The notes under the pieces: generated by a model
What the model was told of the DNA's origin: nothing
The model's input: only the letters and a program-made list of their open reading frames with translations
Database searches by the model: none
Shown here: in pieces, positions 1-9,572 of the stretch
How positions within the stretch are numbered: the stretch's first letter is position 1
How the letters are laid out: each line of letters starts with the position of its first letter
Made by a program: the position numbers and the translations under genes
From: Alphaproteobacteria bacterium
Lineage (GTDB): Bacteria > Pseudomonadota > Alphaproteobacteria > Holosporales > JBOFFI01
Length of the DNA: 46,983 bases
NCBI GenBank assembly: GCA_051657245.1
Contig: JBOFKI010000095.1
Span: 1 to 46,983 of the forward strand
Direction: 5' to 3'

Positions 1-189
1 AGTGGGGCTCTAAAAGGCTCCATACGTGATCAGAAATATCGTGACGTCGATGAGAAGCTGTCATAAAAAAATCCTTTTTTTGATTGATTCTACATATCAT
101 CCTAACATAAAAAAAATCTTTTGACGACACTATCTAGAAAATTTTATCACCTGGAATTTTTACTGAAGCGTTATGTTTGTGGGGTTTCC

Positions 190-217
190 CTGGATCCCCG
201 CCGCCGCGGGAGTGACA
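190..217. repeat. GC-rich REP-like palindromic element, copy A (CTGGATCCCCGCCGCCGCGGGAGTGAC)
   Basis: Near-identical to 850-877 and 25579-25605, and to 25468-25494 in inverted orientation. The core ATCCCCGC-cgcc-GCGGG can fold as a GC hairpin. It lies in DNA with no credible CDS. Confidence 0.8.
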
Positions 218-849
218 AAAGGCCACGTGGATGACAAGAAAAAAAAGGCGCAGGAAAGACACAAATTCAAAATAAAATTGATTGATCTTAAAGACAAATT
301 TTGCTAGATTGGGGGTTAAGTTTGGTTGGTAAGTGCTTGAAAAGCTTGGAGGCACTTGCTTTTTTTGCACAAAACCCGCTGAACTTATTTCGCGTCTCTG
401 GAGCAAACGTTTCAGGGGCAAAATACGCGACACCAGGGAGGAACAAACTCCCCGATGCCGCTAACCTTTAACGACTCGCACGAGTCATTTAAGGCTAAAC
501 AAGATGTTAAACGATTTTTCTTTTCTGGCGCAACGGAAACTTTCACGCTTTCGACACTTTTTCTTCCCCCCGAGGGAAGGAGAGGGCGGTTTAGGGCTGA
601 GCGACTGTTTCTTTTTCTTGGGGCTGGCCCTTTGGCTGACCTTAAGCACGCTGTGGGAGGATGCTGACGAAGGCGACGATTAAGCCTGGCGTTCACGTTT
701 ACTGTCCGGAAAGGGGAGTTTAAGCGCGAACGTGCGAGGTGTTGCAAAGTTCCATGCGACAGTTTTCTCCATAAACAAAGCTATCCATGGCCTTTGCGCG
801 CGTAAGCCTTTTGCGTTTCGCTCCCCTGATCTGAAATTTATAGATTTTC

Positions 850-877
850 CTGGATCCCCGCCGGCGCGGGAAAGACA
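850..877. repeat. GC-rich REP-like palindromic element, copy B (CTGGATCCCCGCCGGCGCGGGAAAGAC)
   Basis: Same family as 190-217 with a few substitutions. Non-coding context. Confidence 0.75.
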
Positions 878-1082
878 ACTCAACTTCGCTATTTTTTCCG
901 TCTGGGTCATCCAAGATCTCTTTACAAAAACTGCCGGTTTCATGCGCAGGGTCCTCACGAGTTTTTCAAATCTCAACAGATGCTGAAAAATTGTCGACTC
1001 AATTGAGGACACGCCCTAGGACCAAATGAACCCGAAAAGCTGATCATTCATCCATACCCCCTCACAACCTGGGACTCAACGC

Positions 1083-1841
1083 CTAGACAGAACAGCAAGC
1101 TTCAAGGAGGGGGAGAAATGTTTTCAGCTCAATACTTGCCCCCCCTACAAGAACACCAGAGATGCCAGAAATTTTTAAAAAAGTTTGGACATTTTCAGCT
1201 GTGACAGAGCCGCCATAGAGAACAGGGACAGTTTGGCCAGCATGGGGGAAAAGTTTTTGAAATGTTTGTTGGACGCAGTCTGCCATGTGTTGAATAGCTT
1301 CAGGAGAAGGCGTTTTTTGTGTGCCAATGGACCAGAGGGGCTCATAAGCAATCCACAGAGAATCGGGTTTTTCTAAACCTTCAAGGGCCTCTTGCAGTTG
1401 TTGAGAAACGCTTTGCGTCTGTTGCCCTGCTTCACGTTGCTGTTGCGTTTCTCCCACACACACAACAATCTTAAGACCTGCTTCTACCCCGCGAGCAATT
1501 TTTTGCTGGAGGCATGTGGCGTCTTCTCCATGATGCTGGCGTCTCTCGCTGTGACCAATTAAAACAAACGTGCACCCCACGTCTTGCAACATTTCAGCGC
1601 CCACATCGCCTGTATAAGCACCCTGGGTGAAAGATGCACAATCTTGGCCGCCCAGGAGAAACGTTCTGTCGATAGGTGCTTTAAAGGCTGCGAGGAAAGG
1701 AAAAGGAGGGCATACCCCAACCTTCAGCAAACGAAGGCGAGGCTGCTCCAGGAAAACCTGGAGACCCTCAGCAAAGTGCTGAGCATGGTCCCAAGAGCCC
1801 TTCATTTTCCAATTTCCGATAATCCAAGGTGCCAGTCCCAT
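1083..1841 (-). CDS. tpiA: triosephosphate isomerase
   Basis: 252 aa with the hallmark TIM motifs IGNWKM, LIGHSERR, AYEPLWSIGT and YGGSV. Confidence 0.95.
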   Translation of the reverse strand: MGLAPWIIGNWKMKGSWDHAQHFAEGLQVFLEQPRLRLLKVGVCPPFPFLAAFKAPIDRTFLLGGQDCASFTQGAYTGDVGAEMLQDVGCTFVLIGHSERRQHHGEDATCLQQKIARGVEAGLKIVVCVGETQQQREAGQQTQSVSQQLQEALEGLEKPDSLWIAYEPLWSIGTQKTPSPEAIQHMADCVQQTFQKLFPHAGQTVPVLYGGSVTAENVQTFLKISGISGVLVGGASIELKTFLPLLEACCSV

Positions 1842-2029
1842 CTACGCCCCTGTTTTTCCCTTATTCAAACAGCTTTTTAAACAGAGCAACTTTTGCAATC
1901 AACTCTGCTATGCGCACCCACGTTGATCTAGCCTACCAAAGCTTGCTCTTCGGGCTATCATTCAATTAAGCCCCAACTATAGACAATCCCTTCCAAACCA
2001 AGGCTTATGCTTTCACCCGAGGGGTTTTC

Positions 2030-2332
2030 TTAAGCAGCAGTCGCTGGCGTCGCTGCCCTTGCTTTTTTAAACCGTCTGTACAAAGGGAAAAGCTCAGGAG
2101 AAACATCACTCGGGGAAAGCTTACTTAGATAGGTGTCTAAACCTCCTTTATGCTCAATCGTTCGGATGGCATGGGTTGAAATCCTCATGCGAATTGCTTT
2201 TTTCAGCACATCGCTGGTGAAAGAAACAACCTGGAGATTGGGCAAATAACGACGCCTCGTCTTGTTGTTAGCGTGGCTAACATTGTTCCCAAAAACCGTT
2301 TTCTTCCCCGAAATCATACAACGCCTAGACAT
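2030..2332 (-). CDS. rpmB: 50S ribosomal protein L28
   Basis: 100 aa. The N-terminus MSRRCMISGKKTVFGNNVSHANNKTRRRYLPNLQ matches the L28 signature (xGKxxxxGNNxSHAxNxTKRRxLPNL). The size fits the long alphaproteobacterial L28. Confidence 0.9.
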   Translation of the reverse strand: MSRRCMISGKKTVFGNNVSHANNKTRRRYLPNLQVVSFTSDVLKKAIRMRISTHAIRTIEHKGGLDTYLSKLSPSDVSPELFPLYRRFKKARAATPATAA

Positions 2333-2553
2333 TCCCGTCTTTTCCTCTCATTTTCCAAAAAATGATTAAAACCGGACTCCATCCTCAACCACAAAGCTAA
2401 AAAAGTCAAGCAGCAACCTAATTTTATTTTTGAAAATCATGAAATGAAACGTGCTAAATAAAACGATTTACTTTTCCCCAGAAAGCGTTTTTTAATAACA
2501 ATAGCTATTGCGAAACACATCTAAGATAAAAATTTTGAACGGGTTAAGGTGAC

Positions 2554-3468
2554 GTGGACTGGGATGGATTACGTGTTTTTTTTAAGGTCGCTGAGATAGG
2601 CAGCTTTTCTAAAGCGGCTGAAGTTCTTTATATCAGCCAGTCTGCCCTCAGTCGACAAGTGGCACTTTTAGAAAAAGAGCTTAATTGTGTGCTTTTTTAT
2701 CGAATCCCCAGGGGACTAAAATTAACCCACAAGGGAGAACTTTTATACAAAACGGTTCAAGAAATTACGGTGCAGCTCGCATCAACAGAGATGATGTTAA
2801 TCGAGAATAAAGATGCGCCAAGGGGTGTTGTGCGCGTTGCGCTTACCCATGTTTTGGGAGTTCATTGGTTCTCAAAACAACTGTTGGAATTTAGCAAACG
2901 CTATCCTGAAATCCATTTTCAACTTACGTTTACGGATTGCGAGGTAAATTTATCGTCCAAACAGTATGATATCAGCATCACCCTGTCTCCTCCTTCAGAT
3001 CCTGATTTTATCACCTCAAAACCAATGCCAAGTGCCGCAGGTATCTTTGGAAGCAAAGCCTATTTTGAAAAGCATGGAACCCCGACTTGTGTTGAAGATC
3101 TAGACCAACATCGCCTGATGATTTTCCAAGAAAAAAGAATAGATTCTACTTTTTTGTCTCATTTTCGGTGGTTGCTTGAGGTTGGACGTCTATCCCAAAA
3201 ACCACGTTCCCATGTCTTAGCTCTCAATAGTTTCCAAGGACTTTATTATGCGGCCCAAAAGAATCTTGGGCTCGTTCAACTCCCCTTATTTCTTGTGCCC
3301 CCAGAGGATGATCTGGTTGAGGTGCTGAAGCAAGAAAACAAGCCGTTAGTCTTTCGCTATGTAGCGTGTACGCGTCAATCCCTCACGCTCAAACGAGTTT
3401 TCATTTTTCGTCAATATATCCTGCAAAAATTACAGGAGCTCCCGATTCACCCCAGCTCAAAAGCTTGA
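2554..3468 (+). CDS. LysR-family transcriptional regulator
   Basis: 304 aa with a GTG start. The N-terminal HTH LRVFFKVAEIGSFSKAAEVLYISQSALSRQVALLEKEL is classic LysR, followed by a substrate-binding-domain-sized C-terminus. Divergent from rpmB and immediately upstream of the putative glycosyltransferase. Confidence 0.85.
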   Translation: MDWDGLRVFFKVAEIGSFSKAAEVLYISQSALSRQVALLEKELNCVLFYRIPRGLKLTHKGELLYKTVQEITVQLASTEMMLIENKDAPRGVVRVALTHVLGVHWFSKQLLEFSKRYPEIHFQLTFTDCEVNLSSKQYDISITLSPPSDPDFITSKPMPSAAGIFGSKAYFEKHGTPTCVEDLDQHRLMIFQEKRIDSTFLSHFRWLLEVGRLSQKPRSHVLALNSFQGLYYAAQKNLGLVQLPLFLVPPEDDLVEVLKQENKPLVFRYVACTRQSLTLKRVFIFRQYILQKLQELPIHPSSKA

Positions 3469-3504
3469 TTTTCATTTCGATAAAATTTTAATTGAGATTA
3501 AAAA

Positions 3505-4779
3505 ATGAAATTACTGATATTTAGGTGCTTATTTATTTCGATTTTTTTGGGTTTAGCCGACTCAGGGAAAGCACAACCTTCGGAAAAAATAGATTATTTT
3601 CCAAATTTTGAACCAGCTATTCAAAAAGCTCACCAAAATAACTGCTTTGAAAAAGATGAAGCTAAAAGAGCTGCCACGTGGTGTTTCTGGGCCACGGGCT
3701 TTAATCGAGATCATTCTACATTTTCTGATGAGCAACTTCCCCCCGTTCAGATTGGAGGCCCAAACGACGCTCCCCATTTTTTTCAAGGTGTTGAAACTTA
3801 TTTGAAGCATTTGCCATCCAAGTATGCCTTTGGTTTGATGCTTGACCGTCCTACCCAAATCACAAATAGAACAGAGCTTGATCGCCTCACACAAAATTTT
3901 GGAGAGCGCTTTTTTGTCGCTGATGTTGAAGACGTGGGGAAAAAGCTCATCGAAAATTTTCCTGAGTATAAAGAAGCGCTTCAATTGCTTATTGACAACG
4001 CAATTGGTGGCGCCCCCGTCTTAACAAGTGATATTTTTCGACTCATTGCAATGCCTTTTGCTGATCCCAAAAATGGAGTGTGGAATGGTAAAGAAAAAAT
4101 TCGTTATGCATATTTGGATGTTGATACGTTTTTAGACAGAATGAAGAAGGGCCCAGAGGATCTGGTTTGTTGGCTCACGACAAGCTATGAAAAGGTGGGC
4201 TCAAACGTCGTGCTTGGAGGCCTTACGCCAAGCGTAAAAAAAGATTCCTGCCAAGATGGAGAAAACTGTGAACTAAGGAAATCTTATGTGAATGCTAAAG
4301 ATTTTTGCAATATAGACAAATTGTCCTCTATCTGGAATGGATCACTAAAAATAGAGATAAATGTTTCAAAAGGAAAATCAATTTTTTCCCCCTACGTAGA
4401 AAAAATTCTAGAGGCCCAAGATGCTGAATTTCTTTCTCAACCTACAAAATTTTATAACCATATCGTCCACGGTTTAAGCGGAGATGGGTATGCTGTTAAA
4501 GGTCTAAAAAGCTATAATAATTTCAAAAAAGGAGTTATTGGCACCACAGGACCTGGGTTTTTGGAAAAATTTTATAAAAATACGGAAATTGAAGGGTTTG
4601 CCTGGGCTTTTGAATTAGTTGACAAAAAGGTGAGTTATTTAATTGATAAAGCAGATGTTCATTGTGAGAATAGCTGGCTCCCATGTTACAATATGTCGAA
4701 ATTTTTTACCTGTAACTATGCCAGAGAATTTTGGGCAAAGAAAGGAATTGAAAAAATTGACCAATATGTGAAACAATAA
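3505..4779 (+). CDS. exported DXD-motif glycosyltransferase-like protein (Gly_transf_sug / GT32-GT44-like)
   Basis: 424 aa. N-terminal signal peptide MKLLIFRCLFISIFLGLADSGKAQ. LTSDIFRLIAM...YAYLDVDTFL resembles the SD(I/L)LR...GG(x)YLDVD sugar-nucleotide binding region of OCH1-like transferases and clostridial or Legionella glucosylating toxins. A downstream TTGPGFL motif is also typical. By eye the gene is AT-richer than its neighbours. The ORF is solid; the function is tentative. Confidence 0.6.
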   Translation: MKLLIFRCLFISIFLGLADSGKAQPSEKIDYFPNFEPAIQKAHQNNCFEKDEAKRAATWCFWATGFNRDHSTFSDEQLPPVQIGGPNDAPHFFQGVETYLKHLPSKYAFGLMLDRPTQITNRTELDRLTQNFGERFFVADVEDVGKKLIENFPEYKEALQLLIDNAIGGAPVLTSDIFRLIAMPFADPKNGVWNGKEKIRYAYLDVDTFLDRMKKGPEDLVCWLTTSYEKVGSNVVLGGLTPSVKKDSCQDGENCELRKSYVNAKDFCNIDKLSSIWNGSLKIEINVSKGKSIFSPYVEKILEAQDAEFLSQPTKFYNHIVHGLSGDGYAVKGLKSYNNFKKGVIGTTGPGFLEKFYKNTEIEGFAWAFELVDKKVSYLIDKADVHCENSWLPCYNMSKFFTCNYAREFWAKKGIEKIDQYVKQ

Positions 4780-5137
4780 TCGCACAGCTGCGCAGGGAGG
4801 TGGATATCGTGCAGACGCCAGCCCCCTCTTGAACCGTTTTCAGCAAACGAAACCTTTCCTGTTCTTAAGGGGCTTCAAACCCATATAGCTGAAAAGTCCC
4901 CCAATAGGCTATGCGATAAGATTGGAATTATGCTTGACCATCTCCAAAAAAACACAACCCATACATATGAAAAAAGGGCGACAATAAAGCCACCCCTTTT
5001 CTAAAACCAAAAACAAATCTAAAATGCGGACCTCAAAAAAAAGAATTACTTACGTGCATATTTAAGCACCCTGCTCTTTCATCATCCTCAAGGTCTGGCG
5101 TTTTAAATTTGAACAGGTAAAAAACTCAGAAAAAAAA

Positions 5138-5293
5138 CTATTTCTTTTCTTTGCCTTCTTCTTCAGCACCCTCAACAACTGGAAGCTGCTCTTCAGTTTG
5201 GCCCTCAGCTTTTTTCTCTTGGGTTGTTGCGAAAGAAGCCGCAGAAACTAAAGCAAACAACGCGAACAATGCACTAAACAAAACTTTTTTCAT
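5138..5293 (-). CDS. small exported acidic protein (hypothetical)
   Basis: Start placed at the internal Met (MKKVLFSALFALFALVSAASFA...), which is preceded by GGAGAA 8 nt upstream. Signal peptide followed by a Glu/Lys-rich tail. No recognisable homology. Confidence 0.45.
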   Translation of the reverse strand: MKKVLFSALFALFALVSAASFATTQEKKAEGQTEEQLPVVEGAEEEGKEKK

Positions 5294-5558
5294 TGATATT
5301 TTCTCCATTAAAAAAACCCCGTCTCTCGGGACACCCACTTTATGTCTGAATTTTTTATATTTTGCAAGGGGGTTTATCATTTTTTTCAATCTGTTGAAAT
5401 GCTATTCATCCCCTTTCTTTTCAATAAGATTTCCCCCACAGCATTTTGAAAATACATTAAATATTTTTAAACGGCTTATATTGTTAAATGAAAGCTGAAA
5501 GCCAGATGATTTTTTTCGGCACAAGCTCCATCAAACAAATAAGAAAAGGTATGAAAAA

Positions 5559-6011
5559 ATGAATCCAAAGCCGCTCCCCTTGGTCCAATCACTTTCTTTT
5601 TTGTTGGCCAACACCTACGCCTTGCTCCTGAAAACACAAAATTACCATTGGAACGTAGAGGGGAGAGATTTTTTCTCTCTGCATAAATTATTTGAAGAAC
5701 ACTATCGAGAGCTTTTTGAGGCTGTTGATGAGATTGCTGAGCAGATTCGGATATGGGGACACCCCGTGGTTGCTTCATTCCAAGCCTTCAGCAGCTTAAG
5801 CGTCATTCACGAAGCAGCCACCTCTCAAAAAACAGACTTTCTGCTGTCGAACTTATTTGAAGACCACGAAATCATGATAGCGGAAATTAAAAAAATCTTG
5901 AAAGAAGAGAGCATTTTGGAAGATGAAGGGGCTCAAGACCTTTTGGTTAGCCGCCTAAGGGCCCATGAAAAAATGGCTTGGATGCTTCGAAGTAGCTTGA
6001 CGTCATGTTGA
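5559..6011 (+). CDS. dps: Dps-family DNA-protection / ferritin-like protein
   Basis: 150 aa. LLANTYALLLKTQNYHWNVEGRDFFSLHKLFEEHYRELFEAVDEIAEQI matches the Dps ferroxidase-centre region (HW...F..LH..FeE.y......D.iAER). Confidence 0.85.
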   Translation: MNPKPLPLVQSLSFLLANTYALLLKTQNYHWNVEGRDFFSLHKLFEEHYRELFEAVDEIAEQIRIWGHPVVASFQAFSSLSVIHEAATSQKTDFLLSNLFEDHEIMIAEIKKILKEESILEDEGAQDLLVSRLRAHEKMAWMLRSSLTSC

Positions 6012-6130
6012 AGATTGATCCTTCAAATCAGCAAACTGCAATAAAACGTGTTTTTTTCTTGATCTTTTTTGGGGATGTTTTAGTCTATTGCCAAATATAA
6101 GAACTAGTCAACAAGGGATCAAGACCACTT

Positions 6131-6673
6131 ATGCGGGGGTTGGAGCTTAACAAAATGATGGCAGCTGTGTTGGTTGCCCTTATCCTTGGGAAAATCGCAG
6201 ATTTGCTAGGAAAAGCCCTCATAAACCCTAATTTTCTTGAAAAAAATGCCTATCATGTAGAAGGTGTTTCTGTTGCAAATAAACTTGGAGCTGCTGAGAA
6301 AGAACCTGAACCCATAGAACCGCTTCTAGCGAAAGCAGATGTAGAAAAGGGAAAGCTTGTTGCGAAAAAATGTTTACAGTGCCACACTTTTGAAAAAGGA
6401 GGCCCAAACAGGGTGGGGCCCAATTTATGGGGCATCGTGGGCGCAAAACATGGACACATAGAAGCTTTCAGCTATTCTGCAGCCCTCAAAGCAAAAGCAG
6501 GCGTTTGGGACTATCAGGCCTTAAACCTGTTTTTACACAAGCCAAGGGCTTATGTGCCAGGCACTAAGATGGCTTTCGCTGGACTTGAAAAAATTCAAGA
6601 TCGCGCTGATCTCATCGCTTACTTGCGCACCCTCAGTGATCAACCTGCACCGCTACCTCCTTCAAAACCCTAG
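6131..6673 (+). CDS. membrane-anchored class I cytochrome c (CycM-like)
   Basis: 180 aa. N-terminal TM helix ([18 protein letters not shown]), CxxCH haem site (CLQCHTF), and the mitochondrial-type motifs GPNLWGIVG and [10 protein letters not shown]...DLIAYL. Confidence 0.88.
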   Translation: MRGLELNKMMAAVLVALILGKIADLLGKALINPNFLEKNAYHVEGVSVANKLGAAEKEPEPIEPLLAKADVEKGKLVAKKCLQCHTFEKGGPNRVGPNLWGIVGAKHGHIEAFSYSAALKAKAGVWDYQALNLFLHKPRAYVPGTKMAFAGLEKIQDRADLIAYLRTLSDQPAPLPPSKP

Positions 6674-6687
6674 CCTTTAGGAACCGT

Positions 6688-7194
6688 GTGATGTCTATCC
6701 AAAAAAAGAAAGTCGTACCCACAACTTCTAAAAAGGCAACTGCCTTCATGCCACCCTTATTCGACCGCCTCGTGAGGGAAGATCTGGGGCTTTTAGATGA
6801 AGAAGGGCTACGCCATTCAATCCAAAAAGAGATTGGACTGATGCTTGCTGCACGCAGCAACCTACGCCCCCTTCAGCTCGAATTGCTCCATGAGGATGCC
6901 GCGCCCCTGTTTGCGGTATACCCAGAAGGAGATCTTGATAGAGAGATATTGGAAGAAGGGGCATTTTGGGACCCTCAAAATCAGGCTTTATGGAACCAAA
7001 TGGAATTATATTTTGAAAAATGTGTCCAAGCTTTTGAGCCACGCTTGAAGGAGCCGCAGGTTCAAATTGAGCGCTTTGATGTTTCAACCCAAACCCTCTT
7101 CCTTTCCATCAAAGGCCGCCTTTTAATGGGTCAACACGCAGAAATTATCTCGTTCCCCCTTGCTTTAAATGCTTCAGATCGCTTTTCTGTTTGA
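6688..7194 (+). CDS. gp25 / TssE-like baseplate wedge protein (orphan)
   Basis: 168 aa. LFDRL near the N-terminus, then SIQKEIGLMLAARSN (compare TssE ...L..LLNTR), then CVQAFEPRLKEPQVQIERFDVSTQTLFLSIKGRLL (compare gp25/TssE ...I..yEPRL..v.V.......l.l.I.g.l). Starts 14 nt after the cytochrome c gene, with AGGAA 8 nt upstream of the ATG. No other T6SS or contractile-injection genes occur in the window. Confidence 0.55.
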   Translation: MMSIQKKKVVPTTSKKATAFMPPLFDRLVREDLGLLDEEGLRHSIQKEIGLMLAARSNLRPLQLELLHEDAAPLFAVYPEGDLDREILEEGAFWDPQNQALWNQMELYFEKCVQAFEPRLKEPQVQIERFDVSTQTLFLSIKGRLLMGQHAEIISFPLALNASDRFSV

Positions 7195-7195
7195 G

Positions 7196-7387
7196 CTAAT
7201 TTTTCTCTGAATCTTCCAAAGGGCGTGCTTCGTCCATAAGTAAAATAGGAACTCCTTCCCGAACAGGGTAGGCCAAACCCGCCCGCTGACTCACCAATTC
7301 TTGGCGAGAGGGAACATAGGTCAAAGGCCCTTTTGTAAGGGGGCAAATCAACAGCTCCAAAAGCCTAGGGTTTAACTCACCAGCCAT
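7196..7387 (-). CDS. Trm112-family protein (UPF0434/YcaR-like)
   Basis: [20 protein letters not shown]...[20 protein letters not shown] is the Trm112/YcaR signature. The start is moved to the internal Met (MAGELNPRL); the long ORF extends to 7429. Confidence 0.8.
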   Translation of the reverse strand: MAGELNPRLLELLICPLTKGPLTYVPSRQELVSQRAGLAYPVREGVPILLMDEARPLEDSEKN

Positions 7388-7439
7388 ACGTTGGCCTTTT
7401 GAAGGGGTGCTACTCTGTTTTTCTTGCATCTAAAAAATT

Positions 7440-8708
7440 CTAACTCCTAGCTTTGGTCTCCAACGCTTTTTGCGCATAAATTTTGATAGGCGCGCTCTTG
7501 TGTTCTACCGTGTCCTGATTCACAAGAATCTCATCAACCCCTTCAAGGGAAGGGAGCTCATACATAGAATCTAGCAAAATTGTCTCTAAGATGGAACGCA
7601 AACCTCGAGCCCCTGTCTTGCGAGAAATCGCTTTTTTAGAAATGGCCTGCAACGAGTCTTCCTTAAACGTAAGCCTCACGTTTTCCATTTCAAACAAACG
7701 TGCATATTGCTTGGTCAGCGCATTTTTAGGCTCTGTTAAAATCTGAATCAAAGCTGCTTCATCTAAATCATCCAAGGTAGCAACCACGGGCAAACGACCG
7801 ATAAATTCTGGAATTAACCCAAATTTCAAGAGATCATCAGGGTCCACATTTTTTAAAATTTGTCCCGTTTGCCTTCTTTCTACGGCTTGGATATCAGCAC
7901 CAAATCCCATAGATTTTCCTCTTCCCCGAGCAGAAATGATCTTTTCAAGGCCAGAGAAAGCCCCCCCGCAAATAAACAAAATGTTGGTGGTATCAACCTG
8001 TAGAAATTCTTGTTGAGGATGCTTGCGCCCCCCCTGGGGTGGCACAGATGCAACTGTCCCTTCCATAATTTTTAAAAGGGCTTGTTGAACACCTTCCCCC
8101 GATACATCTCGTGTAATAGAAGGATTGTCTGACTTTCGGGAAATCTTATCAACTTCATCGATATAGACGATGCCTCTTTGGGCACGCTCTACGTTATAGT
8201 CCGCCGCTTGCAGAAGCTTTAGAATAATGTTTTCAACATCTTCACCCACATAACCCGCTTCGGTCAACGTGGTCGCATCTGCCATGGTAAAAGGCACATC
8301 CAAAATACGAGCAAGGGTTTGAGCCAAAAGCGTTTTACCACAGCCCGTTGGCCCAATAAGCAAAATGTTCGACTTAGAAAGTTCAACATCATGGTGGCGA
8401 CGGTTATCGTATTGAATCCGCTTGTAATGGTTATGAACAGCAACGGAAAGAACGCGCTTTGCGTGCTCTTGTCCAATCACGTAATCATCCAAAACACCTT
8501 TGATCTCCATAGGAGTTGGAACGCGCTGGTTGCCTTTCTCCAAGTTTACTTTGGATTCTTCATGGATAATGTCTGTGCAAAGCTCAATACACTCATCGCA
8601 AATAAAAACCGTAGGACCCGCGATTAGTTTCCTAACTTCATGTTGGCTCTTCCCACAGAAAGAACAATAGAGCGTATTCTTAGACTCACCATTATTCTGT
8701 CTTGTCAT
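7440..8708 (-). CDS. clpX: ATP-dependent Clp protease ATP-binding subunit ClpX
   Basis: 422 aa. N-terminal zinc-binding domain [11 protein letters not shown]...CDEC, Walker [12 protein letters not shown], and [10 protein letters not shown]. Follows clpP in the canonical order. Confidence 0.97.
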   Translation of the reverse strand: MTRQNNGESKNTLYCSFCGKSQHEVRKLIAGPTVFICDECIELCTDIIHEESKVNLEKGNQRVPTPMEIKGVLDDYVIGQEHAKRVLSVAVHNHYKRIQYDNRRHHDVELSKSNILLIGPTGCGKTLLAQTLARILDVPFTMADATTLTEAGYVGEDVENIILKLLQAADYNVERAQRGIVYIDEVDKISRKSDNPSITRDVSGEGVQQALLKIMEGTVASVPPQGGRKHPQQEFLQVDTTNILFICGGAFSGLEKIISARGRGKSMGFGADIQAVERRQTGQILKNVDPDDLLKFGLIPEFIGRLPVVATLDDLDEAALIQILTEPKNALTKQYARLFEMENVRLTFKEDSLQAISKKAISRKTGARGLRSILETILLDSMYELPSLEGVDEILVNQDTVEHKSAPIKIYAQKALETKARS

Positions 8709-8891
8709 GCCTGCTCCTTCTTCCTAACCGACTTTTCTTACATACGTTAACACGCAAAATCTCTTTCTTTCCTTAAAGCAAATCAACGAAAAATTTTTGC
8801 TTTCTGATAAGATTATCTTACTCCTTCAGCTTGCACGAAGGAAACAAACAAAAGGTTAAAAAACAAATTCGTGTCCAGAAATGTTTCTGGG

Positions 8892-9551
8892 TTAGGCCTT
8901 TGTTGTTTTGTCAGTTTTTTTGGAAACTGCCTTAGGGCTTCCAGACACAACAACGCTGTCAATCAAACCAAACGCCATAGCAGCCTCTGGAGAAAGAAAG
9001 TTGTCTCGCTCCATGGCCTTCTCAATTTCATCCAAGGGTTTTCCCGTACGATCTCTGTAAATCTTATTGAGACGCTCCCTAATAGATAGAATTTCTTTAG
9101 CATGGATCTCAATATCGGTCGCTTGCCCTTGAAAACCACCCAACGGCTGATGAATCATAATCCGAGCATTTGGTAGCGCAACCCGCTTTCCTTTAGCACC
9201 TGCGCACAAAAGCAAAGACCCCGCAGAGGCTGCCTGCCCCATACAAAGGGTTGCAACATCTGGTTTAACATACTGCATCGTATCGAAAATGGCCAACGCA
9301 GACGTCACAACGCCTCCAGGAGAATTAATGTAAAGAGAGATGTCTTTTTCTGGGTCTTCTGCTTCCAAAAAAAGCAATTGGGCACAGATAAGACTGGCCA
9401 AATCATCATGAATGGGACCACTTAAAAAAATAATCCGCTCTTTCAATAAACGAGAATAAATATCGAAAGAACGCTCCCCTCGAGCGGTCTGCTCAACGAC
9501 AATCGGAACAAGCGTGCTATGTACGTCAGAATATTTATCTATCACGGTCAA
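8892..9551 (-). CDS. clpP: ATP-dependent Clp protease proteolytic subunit ClpP
   Basis: 219 aa. [29 protein letters not shown], catalytic region [11 protein letters not shown], and [10 protein letters not shown]. Confidence 0.97.
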   Translation of the reverse strand: MTVIDKYSDVHSTLVPIVVEQTARGERSFDIYSRLLKERIIFLSGPIHDDLASLICAQLLFLEAEDPEKDISLYINSPGGVVTSALAIFDTMQYVKPDVATLCMGQAASAGSLLLCAGAKGKRVALPNARIMIHQPLGGFQGQATDIEIHAKEILSIRERLNKIYRDRTGKPLDEIEKAMERDNFLSPEAAMAFGLIDSVVVSGSPKAVSKKTDKTTKA

Positions 9552-9572
9552 CTCCCTTTCCTCTTTTTAAGG

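Noticed and set aside
1-66. Possible 3' end of a plus-strand CDS (...RDQKYRDVDEKLS*)
   Set aside because: Only 21 codons are visible with no recognisable motif, so it cannot be supported.
434-1000. Possible tmRNA, SRP RNA or RNase P RNA in the gene-free stretch (GGGGCTGG... at about 619, GTCCGGAAAGG at about 703)
   Set aside because: There is no tRNA-like T-arm or CCA end, and no plausible tag reading frame ending in a hydrophobic tail. The GGAA loop lacks the closing pairs of SRP domain IV, and no RNase P GAGGAAAGUCCGG box is present. The resemblance is limited to a few nucleotides.
134-1012. ORFs 134-433(-), 412-747(-), 455-667(+), 680-1012(-) and 732-986(+)
   Set aside because: They overlap one another, have Arg/Ser/Pro-rich non-protein-like composition and lack ribosome-binding sites. 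Two owe their only conserved-looking strings (GGGDPGKP, AGGDPGKS) to translation of the REP-like palindrome.
4971-5000. AAAAAGGG-(14 nt)-CCCCTTTT hairpin as a bidirectional terminator between the glycosyltransferase-like gene and the small exported protein gene
   Set aside because: The stem is mostly A-T with only three G-C pairs and a 14-nt loop. It is too weak to call.
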